A DNA stretch of 41,699 nucleotides, taken from the IMG/VR virus record IMGVR_UViG_3300034053_000030, positions 1 to 41,699 of that record; one strand, 5' to 3'. The position numbers and the translations under genes are program-made. Positions 1 through 9,307 of this stretch are shown here, one piece after another. The notes beneath the pieces are model-generated. The model was not told the DNA's origin and ran no database searches. It saw nothing but the letters and a program-made list of their open reading frames with translations. Each line of letters starts with the position of its first letter. The stretch's first letter is position 1. The stretch is from a virus (lineage: Duplodnaviria; Caudoviricetes).

Positions 1-127
1 GTCAGATCAACATTACCAACCGGCTTAGTTGCTTTTGCCGCGCTCAATGCCCCCGCGTACTCTTGCGCCACTGCTGGAGCCTCAGCCAAATACAACCCAT
101 GCCCGTAAGCCTGAGCCCCCTCGCCCG
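1..127. repeat. 127-bp terminal direct repeat, left copy (circular assembly overlap)
   Basis: 1-127 (gtcagatcaa...tcgcccg) is identical to 41573-41699; 127 is a typical assembler k-mer length; an ORF reads across the join. Confidence 0.95.
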
Positions 128-599
128 TCCCGATCTTGCTCATGTCGAACTTGTCAAACTTGTGCGGGGAACCGTGATAGGCAATCATCCCCTGCTGATC
201 GCGCAACCCTTTGGCAAGCGGCGATAGGTTTTCGACTGGCCCGGCGGCTTTTCCAAGAATCGCCTTAGCCCCGACCAGTGCCCCAAGCGCAGGAACAAAC
301 GGCAGCACGCCTACCGCATTAAGCGCCGCCGTGCCGTAATTCCCTGCCCGCGCCTCTTTCTGCGCTTCGTATCCAGACTGGATATCACCGAGCACCGGAG
401 TAAATCCAATCGCTGCATTGATCGATGGGTTGTCGTAAGTCTTCTGCGCCGCCTTCGGAATAGCCGTTATCAGGTCCGACCCGAGTTCGGCGTTCTGCGT
501 GGCAATGTTTGCATTCAAAGCAGCAGCCAACCGCCCGCGCTTGTCGTCCTGCGGCTTTGGCGTGGTGGATTGTACGAACAGGTCAGAGAGGCGGCCCAT
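1..599 (-). CDS. 5' part of origin-spanning ~393-aa protein with ADP-ribosyltransferase-like (polyvalent-protein ART) domain; continues 41572->40990
   Basis: ATG at 599 just after the nozzle stop; manual translation MGRLSDLFVQ...GFTPVLGDIQSGYEA...IAYHGSPHKFDKFDMSKIGTGEGAQAYGHGLYLAE; in frame with ORF 40990..41667. Confidence 0.75.
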   Translation of the reverse strand, partial: MGRLSDLFVQSTTPKPQDDKRGRLAAALNANIATQNAELGSDLITAIPKAAQKTYDNPSINAAIGFTPVLGDIQSGYEAQKEARAGNYGTAALNAVGVLPFVPALGALVGAKAILGKAAGPVENLSPLAKGLRDQQGMIAYHGSPHKFDKFDMSKIGTGEGAQAYGHGLYLAEAPAVAQEYAGALSAAKATKPVGNVDL

Positions 600-601
600 A
601 T

Positions 602-2170
602 CTACTGCGCCCCAAGTTTCTCAAAATGGTAGGTCAGCGCGTGAAGCTCAAACGCCTCATCGCTGGAATGAGTGATCACAGGAGCGATGCCAACCGAGCA
701 GATTTCTACCGGCGTCAATCCACCCGGACGCGTGTCTCCGGTAATCGTCGTGGTCGGCGTCTTAAAATCGGGCTGGCGAGCGTCAAACTTGTGCGCGATC
801 TCGGCTGTTCCAATAACCACGGCGTCGAGCCCCATCACTTGTTTTAATTCGCCTGGAGCCTTGAAGTCGAGATAGGCGAATTCGATTTCTACCGCAATCG
901 AAGTACCGTTGTCGGTATGCGCGTTTTCGTCTAGCTTGAAGACGCTATCGCCTGATCGGAAATAAAGATCGCCGTCCAATTCCGTGACGTCGCGAATGGC
1001 GAACGGGAAAACATACCGCGACCAGGCAGAAATCTTCGAGGTCCGGGAGAAGGAATAGATGTATGCGGTGCTGCCCACCGTAACCCAGAACTGACCGCCG
1101 CCCCGGAAGTAGAAAGCCCGAGCGCCGGAAGTGGGCGTAAATACCGGCTTAACAAGGGCGTCAATTGGTGAGCCAACATCCACATCCATCAGGCTGCCGG
1201 TGTTGGTCTGGGTGGTGATTGACCGAACTCCATCACTTGACGCGAAAAACACGTCACCGGCCATGTTGGCAGCGCCGTAAGGGAACGGACAGCCCACATC
1301 GAGCGATTGAACGAATCGCATTAGCGAAGGGTCCGGATCAACGGACCAGACCTGTGACGAGTCGCGGAAGAAACACACCAGATTGCCGGCGTACTCTCCC
1401 AGTGCGGTCGGGTTTGTAGCCCCGGATTGCTGCACGCCAACGCCGAGAAAGCCGGCATCAGACGCGGTAGTCCAGTCACGCGGCGCATTAGTTGCGGAGA
1501 ACCGCACCACGTCATCATCGGTTGCAAATATCTTGCTGGATTTCTTGACCACGGCGGCCGTGTGCGGGCAGTTGATATCCGTGATCGCCGTTGCGCGACA
1601 GGTCCAAGTTACTGACCCATCCACGACAGTTGCCCCCGGCGTGGTCGGCCATACCGGCTGCCCGGCCGCGGTCGTTCCCGCCGTCGTTACCTCGTAACGG
1701 AAACCGTTATCAACCGTCGGCCGCCGAATCGTGTTAAGCGTGTAAGCGGTCAGTGCTACCCATGCCGACAGCGATGCCGTGCTATCGATGTAATGGTGTC
1801 TGATGTCGCCGTTGATATAACCTGCCGCGACGTACAAAAACCCGTTAAAAACGTCGGCGAAATGGATCGTTGATACTGCGGTCGTCGGGGCGGTCGGGTG
1901 TGGAATCTTGTTCGCGACAAAGCGCGTATCGGCATGGCTGATCGTGCCGCTGCCGTAAAAGGTGTTGAGCTTGCCGCCTGCCGAACGCAAGCCGACTGTG
2001 CCACTTTCGAGCGTTGCAACAGGGGATAAGCCGGGCCGCTTGCGGATCGTCCGGCCCGTGGTGACATAGGCGTTATCGAGCGTCCGCAGTCGGTTGGCGT
2101 CAGAAACCGATGCGCCTTTGCGGAGGTCTAGCCCGGCGTCGAAACGGTCGAACGCGATAACTGAAGGCAT
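602..2170 (-). CDS. tail nozzle / DNA-stabilisation protein (P22 gp10/T7 gp12-like) with inserted small Trp/Thr-rich domain
   Basis: 522 aa, beta-rich, follows adaptor; SAWSRYVF-type motif; synteny. Confidence 0.65.
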   Translation of the reverse strand: MPSVIAFDRFDAGLDLRKGASVSDANRLRTLDNAYVTTGRTIRKRPGLSPVATLESGTVGLRSAGGKLNTFYGSGTISHADTRFVANKIPHPTAPTTAVSTIHFADVFNGFLYVAAGYINGDIRHHYIDSTASLSAWVALTAYTLNTIRRPTVDNGFRYEVTTAGTTAAGQPVWPTTPGATVVDGSVTWTCRATAITDINCPHTAAVVKKSSKIFATDDDVVRFSATNAPRDWTTASDAGFLGVGVQQSGATNPTALGEYAGNLVCFFRDSSQVWSVDPDPSLMRFVQSLDVGCPFPYGAANMAGDVFFASSDGVRSITTQTNTGSLMDVDVGSPIDALVKPVFTPTSGARAFYFRGGGQFWVTVGSTAYIYSFSRTSKISAWSRYVFPFAIRDVTELDGDLYFRSGDSVFKLDENAHTDNGTSIAVEIEFAYLDFKAPGELKQVMGLDAVVIGTAEIAHKFDARQPDFKTPTTTITGDTRPGGLTPVEICSVGIAPVITHSSDEAFELHALTYHFEKLGAQ

Positions 2171-2811
2171 TAGGCATCCCTCGGCCTGGCCAGATAAACG
2201 TCATCCACGTCGCGCCGGGAGAAAACCGCTTGCCCCCGTGCTTGCGCCCGCAGCTTCTCCAGTGCAAGGGATAGCTGCTGGCTGTAGATTTCGGCGTCCG
2301 CCTGTTTGTAATGTGCCTTCGCTGCCGCCAGCGCGTGCAGGAAGATCATTCCGTCGTCAATGCTGGCGCGGTCGCTGTCTTGCGTGAATCTGGAGCAGGT
2401 CGCGACGTAATAGCGGCGGATGGTGTAGGCGGCGTCAGGAGCCGGCCAGATTTCCATCTGGGCATACCGCTCAAACCGAGCCGGGATGGTTTGAGAATTA
2501 TCGGTGCGCATGGCGAAGGTAATGCCCTCGCTCATCGGCACCCAAGTTGCCCCGTCATAAACCGCGATTTCTCGCAGCGGCCGGTTCTGGTCACAGTTCG
2601 CCGCCCAGTCGTACAGCGTTTGACCGATGCCGGTGGTTTTTTCGTCGTAAGTGATCAGGTTCCGCCAGTCAGCGCGGAGCCAAAGCTGATCCTGCGCTGA
2701 CTGTAAAAACGAGTCGAGAATCCCGCTATTGATGCCAGAAGACCCTTGAGCGCCGAAGCCAAGCCGGCTAGAGAGGGCGCTTCGCAATTCGCCAAGGGTC
2801 TGATAGGGCAT
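2170..2811 (-). CDS. head-tail adaptor (tail tubular protein A-like)
   Basis: 213 aa, N-term TLGELRSAL, EIWPAPDAAY motif, position between capsid and nozzle. Confidence 0.65.
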   Translation of the reverse strand: MPYQTLGELRSALSSRLGFGAQGSSGINSGILDSFLQSAQDQLWLRADWRNLITYDEKTTGIGQTLYDWAANCDQNRPLREIAVYDGATWVPMSEGITFAMRTDNSQTIPARFERYAQMEIWPAPDAAYTIRRYYVATCSRFTQDSDRASIDDGMIFLHALAAAKAHYKQADAEIYSQQLSLALEKLRAQARGQAVFSRRDVDDVYLARPRDA

Positions 2812-2813
2812 GA

Positions 2814-3146
2814 TTAAGCGTCGATGTCGGCGGCCTTGCCGGCCTTACCTGCTTTGGCCGGGCGGTGAGCGTAGGCTTCGAGCCCGCGAGCGGTGCGGCC
2901 GAAAACGCGTTCGGCGTAAAACTGGCCTTGGTCATTCGATCCGTAAGCGTTCATCAGGCGCGCAAATTCTTCTTCGGCGTCGATTTCGATTGCCGGGAAG
3001 TCCGGGGCAGAGGTAACGAGGGTGATTTTTCCCTCGCCGTGGATGTCTTTGAGGATTTCTACTTCATGTTCAAAGGCCGTGGTCGGAATCTTTTCCGCCA
3101 TGTCGCGATCGACCAGAACGGTAACGTGCTTTGCCAGCATGTGCAT
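2814..3146 (-). CDS. hypothetical virion-associated protein
   Basis: 110 aa, AAGGAG SD, in structural operon. Confidence 0.6.
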   Translation of the reverse strand: MHMLAKHVTVLVDRDMAEKIPTTAFEHEVEILKDIHGEGKITLVTSAPDFPAIEIDAEEEFARLMNAYGSNDQGQFYAERVFGRTARGLEAYAHRPAKAGKAGKAADIDA

Positions 3147-3154
3147 GCTCCTTG

Positions 3155-3183
3155 AAAAAGCCCCGACCCGTGAAGGCCGGGGC
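3155..3183 (-). terminator. intrinsic terminator downstream of capsid/cement genes
   Basis: minus strand GCCCCGGCC-ttcacg-GGTCGGGGC followed by TTTTT. Confidence 0.7.
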
Positions 3184-3191
3184 GGGTTGTG

Positions 3192-3527
3192 TTACGCCTG
3201 CAAGAAGCCTTCCACCGATCCGCTGGTGAAAACCGTGCAGTTGATTCGCATCCGGCGATAGCAGGTCACTGAAGCCAGCTTGCTGCCCGAGTTCGCGGCC
3301 GGGGCCACGAAGGTCAGCAGGTCGGTCCATGTAGCCGAGCCATCAGCGACGGAATCCAGGTCGTTGGTGCCCTGAATCTTCGCCGTGCCGACGAAGGCGC
3401 CGTTGGTGGGTTGGATCACCGCCAGAACCACGCTACCGCGTTGAAATACGGTATTCGTGGTTTCGGGCTTGACCGAAGCGTTTGCAGCTGCCGAAGTCAG
3501 CGCCGCGCCGAGGGATTGAGTTTGCAT
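3192..3527 (-). CDS. small capsid-associated (decoration/cement-like) protein
   Basis: 111 aa beta-rich, AAGGAG SD, directly after capsid gene. Confidence 0.55.
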   Translation of the reverse strand: MQTQSLGAALTSAAANASVKPETTNTVFQRGSVVLAVIQPTNGAFVGTAKIQGTNDLDSVADGSATWTDLLTFVAPAANSGSKLASVTCYRRMRINCTVFTSGSVEGFLQA

Positions 3528-3551
3528 GTGAGTATCTCCTTGGTTGGCGGG

Positions 3552-4619
3552 TTAGGTCAGCGACATGTAAGCGTGTGCGTTGCCACGGTTCGTAGTCAGC
3601 GTGCCACGCCAGGTCAGCGCCCAGTAATAGACATACTTGTCATAGACGCGGGGCGGCTTGCGGCTGACCATATCCTGACCATCCATCGGACGCAGGGTCA
3701 GGTGGCGCGTGTTGATGAAATAACAACGCTTGGTCCAGTGGATTGCCGGGGAAACGAAGCCGCCGAAGTTGTCATCGAACTCCGGGCACCAGTGGATCTC
3801 GATGCCCTTGAAGTAGATCGAACCAACACCGCCGTCAATGTCGCGAGCCTTGCCACCAGCGTATTGAACCTGCTGGCCGTTGAGGGTCAGGGCGGCAATG
3901 TAGGCATCGATGAAGCCCGCACCCGCCAGAATCAGATCAGGACGGCCGCCGTTCTTGACGCACGCGCGCCAGTTAGTTTCCATCACGCCAAGGAAGGTCG
4001 TTGCCTGCGCTGCCGTGGTCGGGACAGTCATACCCGTGGCGTAGCTGTTGCGCCAGTAGGTATTTGCCGCGACTGAACGATCGATACCGCCGACGGTGCC
4101 GGTGGTCGGGTTGCTGGCCACGATGGCATCCAAGCCGGTAATGGCATCGGTTGAGCTGGTGCCGTCCAGATGCAGGTACATCGAAAACTTTTCCTCGAAG
4201 CCGAGGCGAAGCGTTTCGGTGGATTCTTGCAGCAGGTTGGTCAGCTGAACACGTTCGGCTTGCGAGGCGTTGCCGCCCTTTTCGCCGTCGTCGATGCTGA
4301 TGCCGTTCTGTGCCAGACGATCTTCGTCAAGCGAAAAGCCGTCATGGGCCGAACGCCACGGGAATTGGGCTTGCTCGGTCGTGACGCGGCGATTGTAGCT
4401 AACGACGGAAGCGCCGTTGAACCACTGGAAGTTGCTACCGTACTGGTAGCGGAGTTGTTCGACGACGTACTGCTTGCCACCGGGGAAGGTCTTCTTTTTC
4501 CCCATCAAAGCCTTCATCAGAGGGCGTTCGACAGCAACTTGGTCAATCGGGTTGTTTTTGACGTAAAAATCTAGGGCAATTTTGCCCGCGTCTTGTAGTT
4601 CCTGTGCAGTAAATGCCAC
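3552..4619 (-). CDS. major capsid protein (355 aa)
   Basis: Likely GTG start at 4619 after AGGAG SD (ORF-track start 4727 lies in the leader); HK97-like motifs (GLDAIV, TVGGIDR, RPDLIL, YFINT); follows scaffold. Confidence 0.85.
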   Translation of the reverse strand: MAFTAQELQDAGKIALDFYVKNNPIDQVAVERPLMKALMGKKKTFPGGKQYVVEQLRYQYGSNFQWFNGASVVSYNRRVTTEQAQFPWRSAHDGFSLDEDRLAQNGISIDDGEKGGNASQAERVQLTNLLQESTETLRLGFEEKFSMYLHLDGTSSTDAITGLDAIVASNPTTGTVGGIDRSVAANTYWRNSYATGMTVPTTAAQATTFLGVMETNWRACVKNGGRPDLILAGAGFIDAYIAALTLNGQQVQYAGGKARDIDGGVGSIYFKGIEIHWCPEFDDNFGGFVSPAIHWTKRCYFINTRHLTLRPMDGQDMVSRKPPRVYDKYVYYWALTWRGTLTTNRGNAHAYMSLT

Positions 4620-4797
4620 GATTTTTCTCCTGAGTGAGTTGAGCGTTTCGGCAACATGCCGACGTTTCCGATGGCGAACACGGAAAACTGCCAAAGTCAC
4701 AGGAGGCGAACCCTGCTCTACTGCCACAACTGTTCTGTGCGTCGGGAGGCGATCCCCTCATTCCTGCCAGCGCGCCGGGATTTCTCCCGGCGTTTGG
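4620..4797 (-). promoter_or_regulatory. structured 5' leader of capsid mRNA
   Basis: GAAA-tetraloop hairpin 4773-4792, then three TGGCAG + TCGCC-loop hairpin units. Confidence 0.55.
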
Positions 4798-4800
4798 TCA

Positions 4801-4833
4801 TTTATATCAAGCGTTAATCAACGTGATAAATTA
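4801..4833 (-). promoter_or_regulatory. putative late promoter motif, copy A
   Basis: TAATTTATCACGTTGA-N11-TATAAA; same layout at 12008-12040. Confidence 0.55.
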
Positions 4834-4839
4834 AACTTA

Positions 4840-5925
4840 TCAGTTGCCGTAGCCCAATCCACTATTCAGGGCGTCAAGCATCGAAGTCGGAACGCGTGAC
4901 CCACCGCCCTGCCCGGAAGAGCGAAGCGGCGGCGGTGTTGCGGCGCGTTGCTGCTGCATCGGCATGGCTGAAATCGTCTGGTACAGAATCCGCACCTGAG
5001 CGGCCCACATGGACGGCGGGAAGTTCTGGGCGATGGTCGGAATCTGCTTAAGAATGATGTCTTCCTTCATCGCGTAATCGGGATCGCGCGCCGCCCATTC
5101 CTTACCCATCCGATCCACGTCCTGCATGGCGGTCGAACGTTCGGCCAATTGTCGCTGATTCTGCTGCTGCTGGCCTTGCTCGGCCTGTTGCCGCTGCGCC
5201 ATTGCCGCCTGTTGCTGGCGTGCTCTGGCAATCTCGATAGCGGCTTGCTCGTCCATTTGATAGGACTCGACGCGCTGCTTGAGGTCGGGGAATTCGGCCA
5301 GCGGGTCCGCACCGGGGAGTGGCTTGCCCATGGCTAACGAGATTTGCCGGCGTTGAGCATCCAACAAGTTCAAGGCTGATTGCAGGTCGCCGCGATTCAC
5401 GGCCCCGATGTAGTCAAAAGCCTTGGCGAAGTCTTCCGGCCGGCCGCCGGTCTGTTTCAGCACTTCGCGGAAGCTGTTCAAGTCCGATTCTGCTGCCTGG
5501 GCTCGGGCCGTGCTTTCATGGAGTCGTGAGGTCAGGGCTTGGAAACGCTCTTGCGCCCGCGCTGACAGCCCTTCCGGCATCGCCAGCTCGTCGCCGGGCT
5601 TCTGGGGTTTTGCTGCTGCTTTCTCGGCTTCTGCGGCCTTTTCTTCCTGCGCCTTGGCGAAACGGCCTTGCTCATCACGGGCACGCTCGGCAGCTTTGGC
5701 CTCTTCGGTCGGCTCGGTCTTTGAAAGACCCTGTTCGATCGCTTCCAGCATTGACGCCGGGCCGGTGTCGGTGGATTGGTCGGCCGCGATGCCCTGCCCC
5801 GCTTCAGTCGCTGATTCTTGGCCGGTCGATTCGCTGATTGACTCGCCGCCGCCTGCGCTGCTGCCCTCGCCGCCGGTTTCGATGTCGCGCAACTGAGCAA
5901 AAAGCTTCTTCATGTAAATGGTCAT
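4840..5925 (-). CDS. capsid scaffolding protein
   Basis: 361 aa, acidic and helical, RARDEQGRFAK motif, upstream of capsid. Confidence 0.75.
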   Translation of the reverse strand: MTIYMKKLFAQLRDIETGGEGSSAGGGESISESTGQESATEAGQGIAADQSTDTGPASMLEAIEQGLSKTEPTEEAKAAERARDEQGRFAKAQEEKAAEAEKAAAKPQKPGDELAMPEGLSARAQERFQALTSRLHESTARAQAAESDLNSFREVLKQTGGRPEDFAKAFDYIGAVNRGDLQSALNLLDAQRRQISLAMGKPLPGADPLAEFPDLKQRVESYQMDEQAAIEIARARQQQAAMAQRQQAEQGQQQQNQRQLAERSTAMQDVDRMGKEWAARDPDYAMKEDIILKQIPTIAQNFPPSMWAAQVRILYQTISAMPMQQQRAATPPPLRSSGQGGGSRVPTSMLDALNSGLGYGN

Positions 5926-5940
5926 TTCTTCTTCTCCTGG

Positions 5941-6234
5941 TCAAATCATCAGCAACAATGCGGTTTCTTCTTCGCGCTTCCGCCGCGTTACTCTTGCGGC
6001 TTCGCGTGCTCGTGCGATTACATCTTCAGCAAATGCCGCCGAAAGCATCTCGCCGCGTAGTCGAGAAACGACTTCCGGCGGTAAGGCTTCGGCGACTTCA
6101 TCAGGAGTTTGTTTTTTGGTGCGGGGTCTGTCTTCCTTCCGGCTCGACCCGCCCAAACTGGCAAACAGGACAGAAACCCCGCCCCAAGCATTGCCCCATG
6201 CTTTGCCGAAGGATGAGCCCCATGCCGATGCCAC
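5941..6234 (-). CDS. hypothetical protein with N-terminal WG repeats
   Basis: MASAWGSSFGKAWGNAWGG; start overlaps upstream stop codon. Confidence 0.65.
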   Translation of the reverse strand: MASAWGSSFGKAWGNAWGGVSVLFASLGGSSRKEDRPRTKKQTPDEVAEALPPEVVSRLRGEMLSAAFAEDVIARAREAARVTRRKREEETALLLMI

Positions 6235-9200
6235 TAATTAGGCCCCCAAGGATCGGCTTCTGTGCCAGCGCCATTGACCGTCAGGCTATTAACCTGCTTG
6301 ATGTTGGCGTGAATTGGCGTCGTTTGGGCTGCGGTCAGCGTGGCCGAAGCATTAGCCGCCGCCGAAGGAATTGCCGCCAGGACGGTGGCAATATCCCCGG
6401 TGATGATGTTTGACCCACCCACCGATACCACGCTCGAAACCACGTGATCAACCAACGGATAGATATTCCCGCCCGTCGTGTCGATAATGTCGGCAATGGT
6501 TCCGCTAGTAGCATCCCGCCCGAATCCGCCCGTAATCGTCAAAGGAACCGATGGCGAAGACGTGTTCTTGATCTTCATGGAGGTCAGCAGGTAATTCGCC
6601 GGATCGACGCCATCAACGTAGGCGATGTCGTCAGCGATGCCGGTTGCCGTGCTGATCCAATAAACGAAGGCCGCATAGATGCGCTTCCAAGTCGTGGTTC
6701 CGCTGGCGATGTTGATATTGACCAGGTCGGTAGCGGCGTCGGTAAAGGTGATGCCAGTTACCGTCGAACCATCCACCGCGTTGGTGTTGTACGTCGTGTC
6801 CGCGACCTGGTTGACCGGAAACGACACGGCAATCCCGGCGCCAGAAGCCGCTGCGGTGCCAGCGTTGTTCTCGATAAATTCCTTGGCCGTCGCCCCGCTG
6901 ACATACGAAACCCGGATGCGAAGAGCGCGCGCACCGGAGATTGAGGCAGCTACCGTGTCCGTCCATAGTGTTTGCGGCGCAGCGGCGGGAACGCCGTTGT
7001 AAAGCTCAATGCTGTGGGTCGTGTCATAGACCTGAATGCGTGAGCCAGTCACGTAGCCCGTTGCGGTGAATGACTGGTATTCGACCGGAGCTGCAATCTT
7101 GACCGGCGTGTTGGCCGCGGCCCGCGTGATGTCTGCATCCACCAGCGACGTGGTTCCGCTGGTCGTGATGATCACGCCAGCGTAAGCATCGCCGGTTCCG
7201 CTGCCAATCCCTGTTGCGGTAAATTCAGTGCCGATGTTGTTGTTCGCTGCACCGATCAGGGTGAAATTCGTAGTTCCCGGCGTCTTGATCTTGTAATACC
7301 GGCCGACGACGAAAGCGCCGGCCGCAACGGTGGTTTCCGGGTATTTGACATAGACCTTGTTGGTCGCCGGTATGCCGGCGAAGGTCGTATTCGCCAGATT
7401 TACCGCCGTGACGGTCGTTTCCAGCGCCAGGTGATAGCCGGTTACGCTTACGCCATCTGCCTTAACGCAGCTTAGCGACGTGCCGCTTACTGTGGCACCA
7501 TCCGCAGAAAATGAACAGACGGCGCCCGTCGTCCCGCTGATTGAATCGTCTGGCTCAGAAAGCGAGCAGGTAGTGAGATTCCCGTTCTTGAACGCCACCG
7601 TGCCGCATTTCGACCAACTTGCTGAAGTCCATGCAAAACCGGCCAGGTCGGAAAATGTGTGGCCGATCAACGAAAACCCAGTTGTCAGCAATTCCGCCGA
7701 CAAACTGCTCGCCGCATCTACTGTGAAGGGCTGGAGCGTGAGCGACGTGATGGTCGTTGACCGGAGGTCTATCGTGTCGCTGGCGGAGGTTTTCAACGTA
7801 ACGCCCGCCGCGCCGGCCATTGACCGCCACTGTGAATCATTAACTGATGGGGTATCGACGTTCTGCGAGGATAACTTCACATAGGTTTTGTTTGCCCCGT
7901 CACCTAGCTGGAATCCGACCTTGTGCAATAGTTGGCCGCTACCCTGTAGCGCAGAGAACCCTACAAAGTGTGGATAGGGGGGCTGTCGCGGGATCAGGTT
8001 GCCACCCGATAGCTGCAAGGCAATATGCTCTGATGTAATCGGCGTTGCCGAGTTACCGCCAATGATTGCAGAATATGCATTCTGCACTATTGGCGAGCTG
8101 AGGAATATCTGGATGGCTGCGTTTGCAGCACCTTTTCGGTGATAGAAAAACCCTTTTTTAGTTATTGATGCTGGCAGGGACGCGCTCGATGCAATTGGCG
8201 TTGAGGTTCCCGGCAGGATCGTAACCACACCAGATAGCTGGGCCGACCAGTCTTTCTGTTCAAGCAGGCTATAGGCGAGATAGTTGTCCGAAGCGTCCGC
8301 CAGAACAATAATCAGGCCGTTGGCTCCAACATGCGTTGATGAGAATGTGCCGCCGATACCAAATGGTATCTGGACAGGCTTGCCAGAAACGTCGATGGGA
8401 TCACACGCAACAACAGCGCCGCACCACGCATCTGTCCCGCCCAAAGATTCGTTCGCAGAAAGCGACAGCCCAAGATACGCCCAAGGGAGAGTTGTTGGCT
8501 GACCTGCACTGATGGTCGTGCTGGCTGCGGTGTGTGGGTTGATTCCTAGCGCAGTGAATCCGGTTATGGAGTTGGGAGCAGAAGTCGTCAGGGTTACGAA
8601 CCCGCCCAACTTTTGAATGTATGACCTGCCCTCTACGGCCCTGATTGAACCGTCGGTTCCGCCTGCGCTCTTTACCGCGAGCACCCATGACCGCCCCGAG
8701 TTGGCGGCGTTATCTGCCGTCCATGTGAATGTGGGAATCCCGCTGGCTGCTGCCTGAAAACGCACACCGGACGACGACTGAGGCGTGGTACACATCACGT
8801 TCAAGTTATCAATTTCTGCAATGGCGTATGAGCCGTCCCATACAACGCTGTCGAGGATGAGACAGTTCGGCGTCGTTGGCGTCAGCGCAGGCGAAGCGCA
8901 AGTTCTACCAATTGACCCGCTAACCGTGGCGATACCGTCGATCGCATTAGCTGCCGTGCCGGATACGTCCGCCCCTCGGATGATGTATACCGTAGTGCTT
9001 GACGTTCCGGCCGCAGTTGATCCAACCGTTAATGAAGTATCGCCGCCCGTGTCGGCCTTTTTTACAAACCACCGCGAAATCCATGAATCGTTTGTCTGCG
9101 CCGTGCTTAGTCCGGTGCCTCCAGTAACAGAGAGTGTCGATCCCGTATTACGAACAGCGACCAAGACTGCGATCAGATCGCCGGTTTCGTTTTTTGGAAG

Positions 9201-9263
9201 CGTAACAGTCCAAGATGTTCCACCAAGGTTGCTATTTACAACGTTGATCACTGACGCAGCCAT
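6234..9263 (-). CDS. large Gly/Thr/Ala-rich beta-structured virion protein (fibre/appendage-like), 1009 aa
   Basis: Long ORF, GAGG SD, composition typical of adhesin/fibre proteins; lies between portal and scaffold. Confidence 0.6.
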   Translation of the reverse strand: MAASVINVVNSNLGGTSWTVTLPKNETGDLIAVLVAVRNTGSTLSVTGGTGLSTAQTNDSWISRWFVKKADTGGDTSLTVGSTAAGTSSTTVYIIRGADVSGTAANAIDGIATVSGSIGRTCASPALTPTTPNCLILDSVVWDGSYAIAEIDNLNVMCTTPQSSSGVRFQAAASGIPTFTWTADNAANSGRSWVLAVKSAGGTDGSIRAVEGRSYIQKLGGFVTLTTSAPNSITGFTALGINPHTAASTTISAGQPTTLPWAYLGLSLSANESLGGTDAWCGAVVACDPIDVSGKPVQIPFGIGGTFSSTHVGANGLIIVLADASDNYLAYSLLEQKDWSAQLSGVVTILPGTSTPIASSASLPASITKKGFFYHRKGAANAAIQIFLSSPIVQNAYSAIIGGNSATPITSEHIALQLSGGNLIPRQPPYPHFVGFSALQGSGQLLHKVGFQLGDGANKTYVKLSSQNVDTPSVNDSQWRSMAGAAGVTLKTSASDTIDLRSTTITSLTLQPFTVDAASSLSAELLTTGFSLIGHTFSDLAGFAWTSASWSKCGTVAFKNGNLTTCSLSEPDDSISGTTGAVCSFSADGATVSGTSLSCVKADGVSVTGYHLALETTVTAVNLANTTFAGIPATNKVYVKYPETTVAAGAFVVGRYYKIKTPGTTNFTLIGAANNNIGTEFTATGIGSGTGDAYAGVIITTSGTTSLVDADITRAAANTPVKIAAPVEYQSFTATGYVTGSRIQVYDTTHSIELYNGVPAAAPQTLWTDTVAASISGARALRIRVSYVSGATAKEFIENNAGTAAASGAGIAVSFPVNQVADTTYNTNAVDGSTVTGITFTDAATDLVNINIASGTTTWKRIYAAFVYWISTATGIADDIAYVDGVDPANYLLTSMKIKNTSSPSVPLTITGGFGRDATSGTIADIIDTTGGNIYPLVDHVVSSVVSVGGSNIITGDIATVLAAIPSAAANASATLTAAQTTPIHANIKQVNSLTVNGAGTEADPWGPN

Positions 9264-9307
9264 TTACCCGCCCCTCGCCATACGTGCCGCCACATAGAGG
9301 CAGGAGG

